DNA from: Burkholderiales bacterium
GTDB taxonomy: Bacteria > Pseudomonadota > Gammaproteobacteria > Burkholderiales > Burkholderiaceae_D
Direction: 5' to 3'
Length of the DNA stretch: 64,000 bases
Assembly: GCA_038330335.1 (NCBI GenBank)
Contig: JBBQNW010000001.1
Span: 1,255-65,254, forward strand
The translations under genes were made by a program, and so were the position numbers. Shown piece after piece: positions 18,384 through 29,769 of the stretch (within the stretch, counting starts at the first letter, position 1; every line of letters begins with the position of its first letter). The notes beneath the pieces were generated by a model. That model had not been told where the DNA came from and did not search any database. It worked only from the letters and a program-made list of their open reading frames with translations.

Positions 18384-19871
18384 ATGACTTTTGAAACACT
18401 AGGCCTGCACACGTCCATTCTTCGCGCTATTGCTGATAGCGGTTACACCGATCCTACATCGGTGCAAATCCAGGCAGTACCTGCTGCGATCGCCGGACGT
18501 GATTTGCTGGTTTCTTCCCAGACTGGTTCCGGCAAAACAGCCGCATTCATGTTGCCTGCATTGCACAAATTTGCCAGCGCAGCTGATAATCTGGATGTCT
18601 CAGCAACAGAAAAAACCGCAAATCAAGAGCGCCAGTCAGCCCGTTCACGTGGCGAACGCCCACGTTTTCAAGCTGCCAAACCTAAAATGCTGGTATTGAC
18701 ACCGACTCGCGAACTGGCTTTGCAAGTGACTACGGCAACAGAAAAATACAGCGCTTACTCACGTAAGATCAAGGCTGTTTCGATTTTGGGTGGCATGCCT
18801 TATCCGAAGCAGATGCAATTGCTGTCACGCAATCCAGAAATTTTGGTGGCAACACCTGGTCGTCTGATCGACCATATGGAATCAGGTAAGATCGATTTTT
18901 CAGAATTAGAAATTTTGGTGCTGGACGAAGCCGATCGTATGTTGGATATGGGTTTTATCGATGATATCGAAAAAATCGTTGCCGCTACACCGGAAACCCG
19001 TCAAACCATGTTGTTCTCCGCTACGTTAGATGGCGTAGTTGGCAATATGGCGCGTCGTATCACTAAAGATCCGATGATCATCCAGATTGCCGGTTCTGCG
19101 ACTAAGCATGAAAACATTACACAAAAAGTGCATTTTGTGGATGATCTGTCACACAAAAACCGCATGTTAGACCATTTGCTGCGTGATGAATCTGTTGATC
19201 AGGCTGTGGTGTTTACTGCCACCAAGCGTGATGCCGATACCATCGCGGATCGTTTGAATATCGCCGGTTTTGCGGCCGCCGCTTTGCATGGCGACATGCA
19301 TCAGGGCGCACGTAACCGCACTCTCGATGCCTTGCGTCGCGGCCAGGTTCGTGTGCTGGTTGCTACCGACGTTGCTGCCCGTGGTATTGACGTACCGGCA
19401 ATTACGCATGTATTTAACTACGATTTGCCTAAATTCCCTGAAGATTATGTACACCGTATCGGTCGTACTGGCCGTGCCGGTCGTAACGGCGTTGCGATTT
19501 CTCTGGTGAATCACGCAGAAGGCATTAACGTTAAACGTATTGAGCGTTTTACCAAGCAATTGATTCCTGTCGATGTCATCGAAGGTTTCGAGCCTAAGAA
19601 AAGCGCCGTGGCTTCACGCTCTGTCGCGCGCAAACCAGGTGGTTGGAAGCCAGGCGATACACGCTCTAGCGGTAATGGCTACAGCAATGGCAATAACAGC
19701 AATAGTAATAGCAACAGCAAACCGGGTCAGCGCACATTTAGTAAACCAAATAGCCCTTCTTCGGCTGGTGGTGCACGTAGTGAAGGTAGTGGCACAGGCG
19801 GTGGTTACAAAGGTAGTAATTCGCGTTTTGGCGATGCTAACGGAAATCGCCGCTCTTTTGGTGACCGGTAA
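18384..19871 (+). CDS. DEAD-box RNA helicase (RhlE-like)
   Basis: Q motif, QTGSGKT, PTRELA, TPGRL, DEAD, SAT, ARGID and HRIGRTGR; G/N/S-rich tail. Confidence 0.95.
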   Translation: MTFETLGLHTSILRAIADSGYTDPTSVQIQAVPAAIAGRDLLVSSQTGSGKTAAFMLPALHKFASAADNLDVSATEKTANQERQSARSRGERPRFQAAKPKMLVLTPTRELALQVTTATEKYSAYSRKIKAVSILGGMPYPKQMQLLSRNPEILVATPGRLIDHMESGKIDFSELEILVLDEADRMLDMGFIDDIEKIVAATPETRQTMLFSATLDGVVGNMARRITKDPMIIQIAGSATKHENITQKVHFVDDLSHKNRMLDHLLRDESVDQAVVFTATKRDADTIADRLNIAGFAAAALHGDMHQGARNRTLDALRRGQVRVLVATDVAARGIDVPAITHVFNYDLPKFPEDYVHRIGRTGRAGRNGVAISLVNHAEGINVKRIERFTKQLIPVDVIEGFEPKKSAVASRSVARKPGGWKPGDTRSSGNGYSNGNNSNSNSNSKPGQRTFSKPNSPSSAGGARSEGSGTGGGYKGSNSRFGDANGNRRSFGDR

Positions 19872-19895
19872 TTTCTGCTTGCAGTGACTATCAAT

Positions 19896-19928
19896 AAAAA
19901 AACGGCCAGATGATGGCCGTTTTTTTTT
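19896..19928. terminator. Bidirectional intrinsic terminator
   Basis: A7-CGGCCA-GATGA-TGGCCG-T9 between convergent genes. Confidence 0.9.
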
Positions 19929-20027
19929 GCTATAAAATCGTCGTCAAATCAGGTCTCCTGAATTATTTTCCGTTACTACCGATTTTTTCCAGAGGCCCAT
20001 TGCGCCTTGCCAACATCTGCGGACCTG

Positions 20028-20786
20028 TCACATCTGTTTGAAAAGATGGACAAAACTGCGGCTGACCTCAAGTTTTTCTGTCAGGCCTTTTACCTGTACC
20101 AGATGGCGGCCGCGCATATCGCGAACCACGCCGGCAATCGCCTTGGCATTGACCAGGGTGGAACGGTGTATCTGCCAAAACAAGGCCGGATCAAGTTCTT
20201 CCGTTAACTCGCGCACCGGCTTTCTGATGAGTGCTTCGTAGGTCGCCGTTTGCACCCGGGTGTATTTTTCGTCAGATTGAAAAAATAAAATATCTTCAAC
20301 CGGGATCAAGCGTAATTCTTGTCCGATCGATGCTTGTATCCATTGTAAATAAACCGGTTTCGCCGTGATGCCCATTTGTTTCGCCAGTTGTGACAACATG
20401 GCACTCATATCATTGGGCGCATTGACGCTAGTGAGGCGGGATTTAAGTCTTTCTACGGTGCGTCCAAGTCTCTCGACGTCTGCCGGCTTTAATACATAGT
20501 CAACCGCACCTTGATCAAATGCCTCGACGGCATATTGGTCGTACGCGGTAATGAAAACAACATGCACTTTACTGCTGATTTCCCTGGCCGCTTCCAAGCC
20601 GGTTTTGACCGGCATACGAATATCGAGAAACGCAAAGTCTGGTTGATGCGTCGTCACCATCTGTATGGCTTCCTCCCCATTTTTGGCTTCACCCAGGATA
20701 CTGAGTTCTGGCCAGACTTGTTCCAGTCGTGAGCGTAACTGGTCACGCATCAATCGTTCATCATCAGCGATAATAGCAGTGGGCAT
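20028..20786 (-). CDS. LytTR family response regulator
   Basis: REC (ADDE, FLDIRMP, FITAYDQYAVEAF, DYVLKP) and LytTR domain (FWQIHRSTLVN, LEVSRS). Confidence 0.93.
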   Translation of the reverse strand: MPTAIIADDERLMRDQLRSRLEQVWPELSILGEAKNGEEAIQMVTTHQPDFAFLDIRMPVKTGLEAAREISSKVHVVFITAYDQYAVEAFDQGAVDYVLKPADVERLGRTVERLKSRLTSVNAPNDMSAMLSQLAKQMGITAKPVYLQWIQASIGQELRLIPVEDILFFQSDEKYTRVQTATYEALIRKPVRELTEELDPALFWQIHRSTLVNAKAIAGVVRDMRGRHLVQVKGLTEKLEVSRSFVHLFKQM

Positions 20787-20803
20787 AAGGGCTTAAATGT
20801 TAT

Positions 20804-22123
20804 TTAATAGGCTAATTCATAAGGGATTTCTATAGTAACGCAAACCCCTGTTGGCTGGTTAGGCGTAATAATCATTTGCCCTTTTTCTTTGTAGATTAGT
20901 TTTAATCTTTCCCGGATATTTTGCAGACCTAAACCAGTGCCGTTGCTTGGCACTGCGCCAAACCCCAGGCCATTGTCGCTGACGGTCACGCGTAATTTGT
21001 TGTGGGCAACCTCGGCGCGAAATTGTAAGGTTCCGCCTTCTGCTTTGACCTCTAAGCCATGCTTAATGGCGTTCTCCACCAGCGACTGCAGCATCATGGG
21101 TGGAAACGAGGCGCTACGTAAACCGTCAGGCATGATGAAGTCAATCTCTAATCTTTCTTCCATGCGCATTTTGAGCAGATCAAGGTAGGCCCTTACCATA
21201 TCCGCCTCACGACCAAGATTGGTCTTTGCGGCGTTTTCCCGCATTTGCGGCAATACCGCACGCAAGTAGGAAATTAAGCTGCGCTGCATGGCTGCCGCTC
21301 TGGGCGGGTCGGTTTCAATCAGATATTCGACTGAGGCCAGCGTGTTAAAAAGAAAATGGGGCTCGACCTGCGCTTGCATCATTTGCATTTGCGCTTCGCT
21401 CACTTGCCTGAGTAAAGCTTCTTTTTCCGCGATGGCATTCGCTTCTTTGGTTTTTTCTTCTGCGCGTACTTTTCCACCCATGAGCGCTTTCATACCAAAC
21501 AGGCCGAACACCAATAAAAGTACAAAATTAACAAACCATTGCGAGGATTTTTTCTGATAACTTTTGACTTCCTGATCTGCCGCATCTGCTACCGCATCTT
21601 CAATGCCATCGCTGATTTCCTGGGCGATATCGGGTGGCAATTTAATGTGAATGTCATTTTTTGAGCGGACAGGTTCAATTGATCTGTTAGTTTCTCGCAG
21701 TGCCGGAGTCGCAGGTGTGGCTGGTGGGGCAGGTGCTGCGGCAGGTGCTGACGCGGTATTGTTTTTCGAAACGCGTATTCCATTCTCATCAATTTCGATT
21801 TGCTTTCCTGTGCCATTGCTACTATTTTTGTGGATGTGTATGCCGGTATTGTCAATCTCAATATTGGTATCACCATCGTTAATGTGCTGGGATGTTTTTG
21901 ATTTTTTCGAATCCTGTTTTTTGCTGACGATAACATTTTCTTCATTGGAAAAAAAAGTCTCCTGCATAATTCCACCGGCGGCAATGGTCACGATTGCAAA
22001 CAAGAAAAATTTCCACCAAGATAACTTTGTCACCCAGTTTGCCGTGTGATCGAAAGCCTTGCTAAGCCACTGAAGCGCATAGGTAATGAACTCCTGTACA
22101 GTGTTAAGAATAGTGGAATTCAT
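20804..22123 (-). CDS. LytS/YehU family sensor histidine kinase
   Basis: QAQVEPHFLFNTL, LQSLVENAIKHG, DNGLG and GTGLGLQNIRERL motifs; two TM segments. Confidence 0.9.
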   Translation of the reverse strand: MNSTILNTVQEFITYALQWLSKAFDHTANWVTKLSWWKFFLFAIVTIAAGGIMQETFFSNEENVIVSKKQDSKKSKTSQHINDGDTNIEIDNTGIHIHKNSSNGTGKQIEIDENGIRVSKNNTASAPAAAPAPPATPATPALRETNRSIEPVRSKNDIHIKLPPDIAQEISDGIEDAVADAADQEVKSYQKKSSQWFVNFVLLLVFGLFGMKALMGGKVRAEEKTKEANAIAEKEALLRQVSEAQMQMMQAQVEPHFLFNTLASVEYLIETDPPRAAAMQRSLISYLRAVLPQMRENAAKTNLGREADMVRAYLDLLKMRMEERLEIDFIMPDGLRSASFPPMMLQSLVENAIKHGLEVKAEGGTLQFRAEVAHNKLRVTVSDNGLGFGAVPSNGTGLGLQNIRERLKLIYKEKGQMIITPNQPTGVCVTIEIPYELAY

Positions 22124-22554
22124 AGGGAACTTTCTTGAAAAATAGTAGGTTGCATCGGCCACCTCGAGATGTCCTGATGCGAACACACATGATAAGGTGT
22201 GATGACAATCCTTACTCTAAAGAAGCATGCACGATTTAACTACCGTCTTGCGACAGTCTGCCAAACCAAAGGTATAGAGTGAAAAATAAACGTATAGGAT
22301 TCAGGTAAAAACGCCAATCTTGGCGAATCTCTTAGTGACTTAGAGATGAAATGGCGGGGCGCTGGTTTTTAGTTGATGAATAAAACCGATGTGAAGTCTG
22401 GCAACTTCAGCCCGTCGGTTGCGGCCAGGAGTTGATTGAAAGATCCAATAAAATTAAGAATGCTGACGCAAAGAGCAAAAATCGCAATTTGAATCATCTG
22501 AAGCCACGGGAGAAATGCCGGTAATCACTCTGTCAACTCAAGTTCTGAGATCGG

Positions 22555-24885
22555 CTAAGCGGATGCCTCAGTTTTGGTATTTCTATTGTTTTCAAGCCAG
22601 AGATGCAAGTCATCCGGGGTCATCGGCTTCGCATACAAATAACCTTGGGCCAGGTGACAACCAAAGGAGAGCAGGGTGTCGGCTTGCATACTGGTTTCGA
22701 CGCCCTCGGCAATGATGCTCATATCCAGACTTTGCCCCAGTTGCACCACCATCTTGGCGATGCTGCCATTGCCTGAGTGCTGGCTGATTTCATTGATAAA
22801 TGCACGGTCAATTTTTAGCTTATCAACATCGAGTTTTTGTAAATGACTTAAGGATGAGAAGCCGGTTCCAAAATCATCAATTGATACATGTATGCCTAAC
22901 TGCTTAATCTGATGTAAAGTTTTTATCAGTAAATCAGGATCCTTCATTGCCATTGATTCCGTAATTTCGAGTTCAATGCAGGCTGGGGGGGCTTGTGAGT
23001 CTTGCAGGGCGCGATGCAGGGTTTGCATGAATAATGGATGCGAAAATTGTGCTTGCGACACATTAATTGCCATTTGGAAGTCGGTGTAGCCGAGACTACG
23101 CAGGTGCACCAGTTCATCACATGCGGTACGCAATACCCATTCACCGATGTTGACAATGAGACCTGAATATTCCGCGATCGGAATGAACTGGTCTGGCGGG
23201 ATAAATTTCCCGTCTTCAGTCTTCCAGCGGAGTAGCGCCTCTGCGCCGACAGCCTTGCCGCTGCGCATATCAACCTGCGGCTGAAATACCAGGAACAAGC
23301 GTTGGCTCTCAAATGCGCCGCGTAAGGCGTGCATCATGCGTACCCGTTCGCGGATTTCAACCCCCATATCTCTTGTGAAATAGGTGTAGCCGGAGCGTTG
23401 GTGCGTCTTCGCTCGCTTCAGGGCGATATTCGTATCTTTTAGTGCTTCTGAACCATCACCATCGTAATCGGTGAGTTTGACCAAGCCTATCGTGGCGGAT
23501 AATTGCACTTCTTGCTTGTCCACCTCAAACGGCGGCGTAAATAAATTGAGTATGGAGTCCGGACGAACCATACTCTCGTCACCTAATAATGCAAAAGTAT
23601 CGCTGCCAACTCTTGCTAACTGACAGTCATCGCCAAAATGTGCGACCAGGCGCCTGGCCACTGAACATAGCAACAGGTCACCAAATTGATGTCCAAGAGC
23701 GTCATTTGTTTCTGCAAAATGATCGATATCAATCAGTGACAGGGTAGTGAGGTCTTTTTGTGGTGATAGCAAAATTTCATTTAATGTCTGCAACAACTTA
23801 AGGCGGTTGGCTAGCCCGGTAAGCGGGTCATAAAATGCATAATTATGCAAACGTGATGTCAGCATGACATTATCGAGCCCTACCGATACCTTACTGCAAA
23901 AAACTTCCAGCAGACGTCGATCTATTTCTTTGAGATCCAGGCCGATATTGAGATAAACCGCTAACTCTCTTTGCGCCACATTACTAAAATAAAGTACGGT
24001 GGCGTCGTTTTCATAGATGTTGCCGCGTGTGCTCAGAGCTTGCTGTAAGACCGTTTGAATTTTTGCGTCAGCGACTAATTGGACGGCGTTGCCTACCCAT
24101 TCTGAAAAAAACGGCGTGGCGGAAAGTATCTGCAATGCAGGCGTCGCGCCTGTGACTGTTAGATTCCGTAGTTCGCTATTGTCATTGCTGTCACCGCTGT
24201 CCCTACCGGTTTGTTGGTTACAGACGAAACCTTCGGTGTGCGCACCTAACAGGCCGATAATCTGGCTCAGAACCCCGGCAGAGAAACTCTGTAAGCCTTG
24301 TAACGCCATCAATTCATTGCTGGCATTAATGATTAATTCTAGGCCCCGGCGGCTGGCTGATATCGCGCAAATCTGTTCATAAGATCGGATGGCAGAGGTG
24401 ACGGCAGTGTATAGCTTGGTGCGTGTTAATTCTGATTTGGTTTTGTAGTCATTGATGTCGTAATCGCGGATCGCATCGATTTCAGGTGCGTAACCAGGCT
24501 GGCCGGTTCGGAGAATGATACGGACATCCGATAATCCCAGGGTTTTACGAATGTGGCTGACTAACTGCAAACCAGCATCTTCCTGTTCCATGACAACATC
24601 GAGCAATATAATGGCAATGTCTGTTTCATGCGAAAGAATATCACGGGCTTCAGCCGCAGAGTAAGCGTGTAAAAAGCTCAGGGAACGATGCTGAATTTCC
24701 AGGCTACCTAGGGCAAAAGTCGTCGCAGAATGGACATCCGGATCATCATCAATGATCATGATGCGCCATTTAGGAGCAATTTTTTTTCTTGAGGATATTT
24801 CACTTATTTCTGGTTCGTCCAGAAAAACCAGATCATCATCTGAAGAATGAATCAATGCGTCCATCTGAGGTGTGACTCCAAGCAT
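22555..24885 (-). CDS. REC-DUF3369-GGDEF-EAL protein, probable c-di-GMP phosphodiesterase
   Basis: REC (IIDDD, LLDVVME, RIILRTGQPGYAPE), degenerate GGDEF (GSDTF), intact EAL (EALLRW, DDFGTGFSSL, KIDRAF, AEGVET). Confidence 0.9.
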   Translation of the reverse strand: MLGVTPQMDALIHSSDDDLVFLDEPEISEISSRKKIAPKWRIMIIDDDPDVHSATTFALGSLEIQHRSLSFLHAYSAAEARDILSHETDIAIILLDVVMEQEDAGLQLVSHIRKTLGLSDVRIILRTGQPGYAPEIDAIRDYDINDYKTKSELTRTKLYTAVTSAIRSYEQICAISASRRGLELIINASNELMALQGLQSFSAGVLSQIIGLLGAHTEGFVCNQQTGRDSGDSNDNSELRNLTVTGATPALQILSATPFFSEWVGNAVQLVADAKIQTVLQQALSTRGNIYENDATVLYFSNVAQRELAVYLNIGLDLKEIDRRLLEVFCSKVSVGLDNVMLTSRLHNYAFYDPLTGLANRLKLLQTLNEILLSPQKDLTTLSLIDIDHFAETNDALGHQFGDLLLCSVARRLVAHFGDDCQLARVGSDTFALLGDESMVRPDSILNLFTPPFEVDKQEVQLSATIGLVKLTDYDGDGSEALKDTNIALKRAKTHQRSGYTYFTRDMGVEIRERVRMMHALRGAFESQRLFLVFQPQVDMRSGKAVGAEALLRWKTEDGKFIPPDQFIPIAEYSGLIVNIGEWVLRTACDELVHLRSLGYTDFQMAINVSQAQFSHPLFMQTLHRALQDSQAPPACIELEITESMAMKDPDLLIKTLHQIKQLGIHVSIDDFGTGFSSLSHLQKLDVDKLKIDRAFINEISQHSGNGSIAKMVVQLGQSLDMSIIAEGVETSMQADTLLSFGCHLAQGYLYAKPMTPDDLHLWLENNRNTKTEASA

Positions 24886-25112
24886 GTAATTATCTTTTTA
24901 AGTAGCAATTTGGCAAATCAGAGCCGGTCCAGGCGTTCCTTTGCTCTGAAGTATAAAACAAGAATGTGCCTTAAATCACTATTTTCTCGGTCAAAACAGT
25001 AATATAAACGGGCAGTTGAACAAAAAAATCCGACTTCGGCCAGCGTTTTAACTTGACACGATCTTATCGCTGTTAAAATGCATATAACTCTGAATTTTAT
25101 ATTGTAAATACT

Positions 25113-26192
25113 ATGTCTGGTAATACTTTTGGAAGCATGTTTGCGGTGACTACTTTTGGTGAGTCGCATGGCCCCGGGATCGGTTGCGTCATTGACGGAT
25201 GTCCGCCTGGTTTGCTGTTATCGGAATCCGATATTCAGCCAGAACTTGACCGAAGAAAGCCAGGCACGTCTCGTCATGTTACGCAGCGTCAAGAGTCCGA
25301 TACGGTGGAAATTTTGTCTGGTGTTTACCAGGGTAAAACAACAGGTACGCCGATCGCGTTGCTGATTCGTAACGAAGATCAGCGTAGTAAAGACTATGGA
25401 AATATAACCGAGACCTTTCGTCCTGGTCATGCAGATTATACTTATTGGCATAAATACGGGATTCGTGATCCGCGCGGCGGTGGCCGGTCTTCTGCGCGTT
25501 TAACTGCTCCTGTGGTCGGTGCCGCGGCAATTGCAAAAAAATGGTTGTTTCAGAAATATGGAACAGTATTTAAAGGCGGTATGAGTCAGTTGGGTGAGAT
25601 TCATATTCCCTTTGAATCGTGGGACTATGTCTCCCAAAATCCTTTCTTTGCACCAACGAATGATCCTGTGTTAATTGCGCAGCTAGAAGCGTATATGGAT
25701 GCTCTGCGGAAAGATGGTGACTCTATTGGTGCCCGGCTTGATGTTGTTGTCAGTCATGTTCCGGTCGGTTTGGGTGAGCCTATTTATGATAAGTTGGATG
25801 CCGAAATTGCTTATGCAATGATGGGTATTAATGCCGTAAAAGGGGTGGAAATTGGTGCCGGCTTTAAATCGGTCCGCCAGCGCGGATCTGAGCATGGTGA
25901 TGAATTGACACCGGCGGGGTTTATCGGCAATAACGCCGGCGGCGTCTTGGGTGGCATCTCAACCGGCCAGGACATTACGGTTTCTATCGCGATCAAACCG
26001 ACATCCTCAATCCGTACCCCGCGCCGCTCGATTGATAAGGATGGCAACCCGGTTCTGGTCGAAACATTTGGGCGACATGACCCTTGCGTTGGAATACGGG
26101 CAACGCCGATTGCCGAGGCGATGCTGGCATTAGTCTTAATGGATCACGCCTTGCGGCATCGTGCACAATGTGGTGATGTCAAACTGGACTGA
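25113..26192 (+). CDS. aroC: Chorismate synthase
   Basis: [21 protein letters not shown] and GRHDPC motifs. Confidence 0.98.
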   Translation: MSGNTFGSMFAVTTFGESHGPGIGCVIDGCPPGLLLSESDIQPELDRRKPGTSRHVTQRQESDTVEILSGVYQGKTTGTPIALLIRNEDQRSKDYGNITETFRPGHADYTYWHKYGIRDPRGGGRSSARLTAPVVGAAAIAKKWLFQKYGTVFKGGMSQLGEIHIPFESWDYVSQNPFFAPTNDPVLIAQLEAYMDALRKDGDSIGARLDVVVSHVPVGLGEPIYDKLDAEIAYAMMGINAVKGVEIGAGFKSVRQRGSEHGDELTPAGFIGNNAGGVLGGISTGQDITVSIAIKPTSSIRTPRRSIDKDGNPVLVETFGRHDPCVGIRATPIAEAMLALVLMDHALRHRAQCGDVKLD

Positions 26193-26434
26193 TGCGCTTG
26201 TTTGGCGAAATGTAAAATTCAGATCAGGCAGAATATAAGCTGGGGAAAAGTTCACCCTGGCTCCATTTTCAGTTGAAAATTTGGCATTTCATCTGTTTTT
26301 TTTATTTTTGTATTGCCTGGTGCCGGCCTTAAATTGGCGGCGGCGTGCGGTTTTGCATTGCACAATTGTGGCATAATCGAAGGCTAAAGACATTTTAGTG
26401 CTCAACAAATCATTCCATTTTTAGACATCAGATC

Positions 26435-27838
26435 ATGCTCAAGACGCTTTACGACAAACTGTGGGAATCCCATGTAGTGCATGCGGAAGAAGACGGTACG
26501 GCTATCCTCTATATTGATCGCCATTTGCTACACGAGGTCACCAGTCCGCAAGCCTTCGAGGGGCTGCGGCTAGCGGGGCGCCAACCTTGGCGTACGTCTG
26601 CAAACCTGGTGGTGGCCGACCATAATGTGCCAACCACCAATCGTGCTGACGGTATAGCCGACCCGACTTCTCGTCTGCAAGTAGAAACGCTCGATGCAAA
26701 CGCCAAAGAATACGGCCTGAGCTATTTCAGCATGCGTGATAAACGTCAGGGTATTGTTCACGTGATCGGGCCTGAGCAGGGCGCGACTTTACCGGGGATG
26801 ACGGTTGTTTGTGGTGACTCTCACACGTCGACTCATGGCGCATTTGCTTGTCTGGCGCATGGTATCGGTACTTCTGAAGTGGAGCATGTTCTTGCAACGC
26901 AAACACTGATCGCCAAAAAATCGAAAGCGATGTTGGTTCAGGTCGATGGTGCGATGCCCAAGGGCGTGACTGCCAAAGATGTTGTATTGGCAATTATCGG
27001 TAAAATCGGTACCGCCGGCGGTACCGGCTATGCGATAGAGTTTGCCGGCTCAACCATTCGCAGCCTCTCGATGGAAGGGCGCATGACCGTGTGCAATATG
27101 GCCATTGAAGCGGGTGCGCGTGCCGGCATGATTGCAGTCGATCAAATTACCATTGATTATGTAAAGGGCCGCCCTTTTTCTCCTGTCGGACCGCATTGGG
27201 ATAGAGCGGTTGAGTATTGGCAAAGTTTGCATACCGACATTGGTGCAAAATTTGATATTGTCGTGACTCTTAACGCGAGTGAGATTAAACCTCAAGTGAC
27301 ATGGGGAACCTCTCCGGAGATGGTCGTGGCTATCGATGCGCGCATTCCTGATCCTGATTTGGAAAAAGACGCGGTCAAGCGCGATGCCATGGAAAAAGCC
27401 CTGATATACATGGGCCTGAAGCCCAATATGGCAATTGAAGATATACGTATCGATAAAGTATTTATCGGTTCTTGCACCAACTCCCGTATTGAAGATCTTC
27501 GTGCAGCGGCTGCCGTGGTCCGTGGCAAATTCCGTGCCTCAAACGTGCGCTTGGCGATGGTTGTTCCCGGTTCTGGTCTGGTCAAGGATCAGGCCGAGCG
27601 CGAAGGTTTGGATCAGGTATTTCGTGATGCCGGATTTGAGTGGCGCGAGCCTGGTTGCTCCATGTGCCTGGCAATGAACGCTGACAGGTTGGAGCCTGGC
27701 GAACGCTGTGCCTCGACCTCCAATCGTAACTTTGAAGGCAGGCAGGGGCAAGGGGGGCGTACGCATCTGGTGTCTCCGGCAATGGCTGCCGCTGCAGGTA
27801 TCGCTGGACACTTTGTTGATGTCCGCGCTTTACGCTAA
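26435..27838 (+). CDS. leuC: 3-isopropylmalate dehydratase large subunit
   Basis: [35 protein letters not shown] and [12 protein letters not shown] motifs. Confidence 0.98.
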   Translation: MLKTLYDKLWESHVVHAEEDGTAILYIDRHLLHEVTSPQAFEGLRLAGRQPWRTSANLVVADHNVPTTNRADGIADPTSRLQVETLDANAKEYGLSYFSMRDKRQGIVHVIGPEQGATLPGMTVVCGDSHTSTHGAFACLAHGIGTSEVEHVLATQTLIAKKSKAMLVQVDGAMPKGVTAKDVVLAIIGKIGTAGGTGYAIEFAGSTIRSLSMEGRMTVCNMAIEAGARAGMIAVDQITIDYVKGRPFSPVGPHWDRAVEYWQSLHTDIGAKFDIVVTLNASEIKPQVTWGTSPEMVVAIDARIPDPDLEKDAVKRDAMEKALIYMGLKPNMAIEDIRIDKVFIGSCTNSRIEDLRAAAAVVRGKFRASNVRLAMVVPGSGLVKDQAEREGLDQVFRDAGFEWREPGCSMCLAMNADRLEPGERCASTSNRNFEGRQGQGGRTHLVSPAMAAAAGIAGHFVDVRALR

Positions 27839-27858
27839 TATTTCTTCTTGGATTTGAT

Positions 27859-27981
27859 ATGAAAAAATTATTTACTTTAGTTCTTTGCGTCATGGTTCTG
27901 GCGGGTTGTAATACTGTTCAAGGTATAGGAAAAGACGTTAAAAAAGCAGGTGAAGTTGTTGAAGGTGCTGGCCGGAAATAA
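27859..27981 (+). CDS. Entericidin A/B family lipoprotein (40 aa, below the ORF-track cutoff)
   Basis: Translated by hand: [40 protein letters not shown]; lipobox LAGC and CNT..G.GKD motif. Confidence 0.92.
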   Translation: MKKLFTLVLCVMVLAGCNTVQGIGKDVKKAGEVVEGAGRK

Positions 27982-27983
27982 TT

Positions 27984-28631
27984 ATGGAAAAATTTACCGT
28001 TTTAGATGGCCTGGTCGCTCCCATGGACAGAGCCAATGTCGATACTGACGCCATCATTCCCAAGCAGTTTTTAAAGTCGATACAGCGTAGCGGTTTTGGC
28101 CCCAATTTGTTTGATGAGTGGCGTTATCTGGATCACGGTGAACCTGGCGTTGACAACAGTAAACGTCCACTTAATCCAGACTTTGTATTAAACCAGAGCC
28201 GCTATCAGGGCGCGTCAATTTTATTGACACGCAAAAATTTTGGCTGTGGTTCGTCGCGCGAACATGCGCCATGGGCCTTGGATCAATTTGGTTTCAGGGC
28301 ATTGATTGCGCCAAGTTTTGCGGACATTTTTTTTAATAATTGTTTTAAAAATGGTTTACTGCCTATCGTGTTGTCAGAGCAGAACATTGATCATCTATTC
28401 AATGAGGTCAAAGTTTTCCCTGGCTACCGCCTGATCGTCGATCTGGAAAAACAGCTGGTCACGACATCGAATGGCAGCGTTAGTTACCCGTTTGAAGTCG
28501 ATGCGTTTCGTAAATATTGCCTACTCAATGGATTGGATGATATCGGACTGACCCTGCGCCAGGCGGATAAAATTCGCGCGTTTGAAGAGCGTCATATCGC
28601 TGCGCAACCATGGTTGATCAATACTATTTAA
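27984..28631 (+). CDS. leuD: 3-isopropylmalate dehydratase small subunit
   Basis: [13 protein letters not shown] and [15 protein letters not shown] motifs. Confidence 0.98.
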   Translation: MEKFTVLDGLVAPMDRANVDTDAIIPKQFLKSIQRSGFGPNLFDEWRYLDHGEPGVDNSKRPLNPDFVLNQSRYQGASILLTRKNFGCGSSREHAPWALDQFGFRALIAPSFADIFFNNCFKNGLLPIVLSEQNIDHLFNEVKVFPGYRLIVDLEKQLVTTSNGSVSYPFEVDAFRKYCLLNGLDDIGLTLRQADKIRAFEERHIAAQPWLINTI

Positions 28632-28648
28632 TTTAATTTGGTTTATAT

Positions 28649-29719
28649 ATGAAAATTGCAATATTGCCAGGTGATGGCATTGGTCCTGAGATTGTCGAGC
28701 AAGCGGTTCGAGTTCTCAATGCGCTTGGCGAAAATTTTGAAATGGAAACAGCACCGGTCGGTGGTGCGGGATACGAAGCGCACGGACATCCTTTGCCCGA
28801 AGCTACTTTAAAATTAGCGCAGGAAGCTGATGCTATTTTATTTGGTTCGGTCGGCGACTGGAAATACGATACTTTAGAGCGTTCTTTGCGTCCGGAGCAG
28901 GCAATTCTCGGACTGCGTAAAAATCTCAATTTATTTGCAAATTTGCGTCCTGCAATTTTGTATCCGGAACTGGCCGGGGCATCAACGTTAAAACCAGAAG
29001 TGGTTTCTGGTCTCGATATTCTTATTATTCGTGAGCTGACCGGGGATATTTATTTTGGGCAGCCACGTGGTGTTCGTATTTGCCCTGATGGTCCGTTCAA
29101 GGGGCAGCGTGAAGGATTTGACACCATGCGCTATGCAGAGGGTGAAATCCGCCGTATCGCCCACGTAGCTTTTCAGGCGGCACAAAAACGTGATAAACGC
29201 TTAACCAGTGTAGATAAGGCTAATGTCTTGGAGACTTTCCAGTTTTGGAAAGATATTGTTACTGATGTGCACAAAGAATATCCAGATGTGGCGCTTGATC
29301 ATATGTACGTTGATAATGCAGCAATGCAATTGGTTCGTGCGCCTAAGAAATTTGATGTACTGGTAACTGGCAATATGTTTGGCGACATACTGTCCGATGC
29401 CGCCGCTATGCTGACGGGTTCTATCGGCATGTTGCCATCGGCATCGCTGGATGCTAATAACAAGGGTTTGTATGAGCCTTCACATGGTTCTGCTCCGGAT
29501 ATCGCCGGCAAAGGCATTGCTAATCCGCTGGCGACTATTTTGTCAGCAGCAATGATGTTACGTTACTCTTTGAATCGGAATGAACAGGCGGATCGCATTG
29601 AGGATGCTGTCAGAAAAGTCTTGGCTCAGGGTTTGCGTACGCCTGACATCTATGAGGCAGGAACTACGAAGGTCGGTACACTTGAGATGGGTTCTGCGGT
29701 GATTCAAGCCTTGGCATAG
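28649..29719 (+). CDS. leuB: 3-isopropylmalate dehydrogenase
   Basis: [23 protein letters not shown] and HGSAPDIAG motifs. Confidence 0.98.
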   Translation: MKIAILPGDGIGPEIVEQAVRVLNALGENFEMETAPVGGAGYEAHGHPLPEATLKLAQEADAILFGSVGDWKYDTLERSLRPEQAILGLRKNLNLFANLRPAILYPELAGASTLKPEVVSGLDILIIRELTGDIYFGQPRGVRICPDGPFKGQREGFDTMRYAEGEIRRIAHVAFQAAQKRDKRLTSVDKANVLETFQFWKDIVTDVHKEYPDVALDHMYVDNAAMQLVRAPKKFDVLVTGNMFGDILSDAAAMLTGSIGMLPSASLDANNKGLYEPSHGSAPDIAGKGIANPLATILSAAMMLRYSLNRNEQADRIEDAVRKVLAQGLRTPDIYEAGTTKVGTLEMGSAVIQALA

Positions 29720-29769
29720 ATATATTTAATGTGATAACAGCAGTTAACTCTGCGCAATTTTAGGGAAAG

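Noticed and set aside
27859-27981. Entericidin as a novel toxin-antitoxin module
   Set aside because: A single gene at a position between leuC and leuD that is usual in Burkholderiales; no partner gene.
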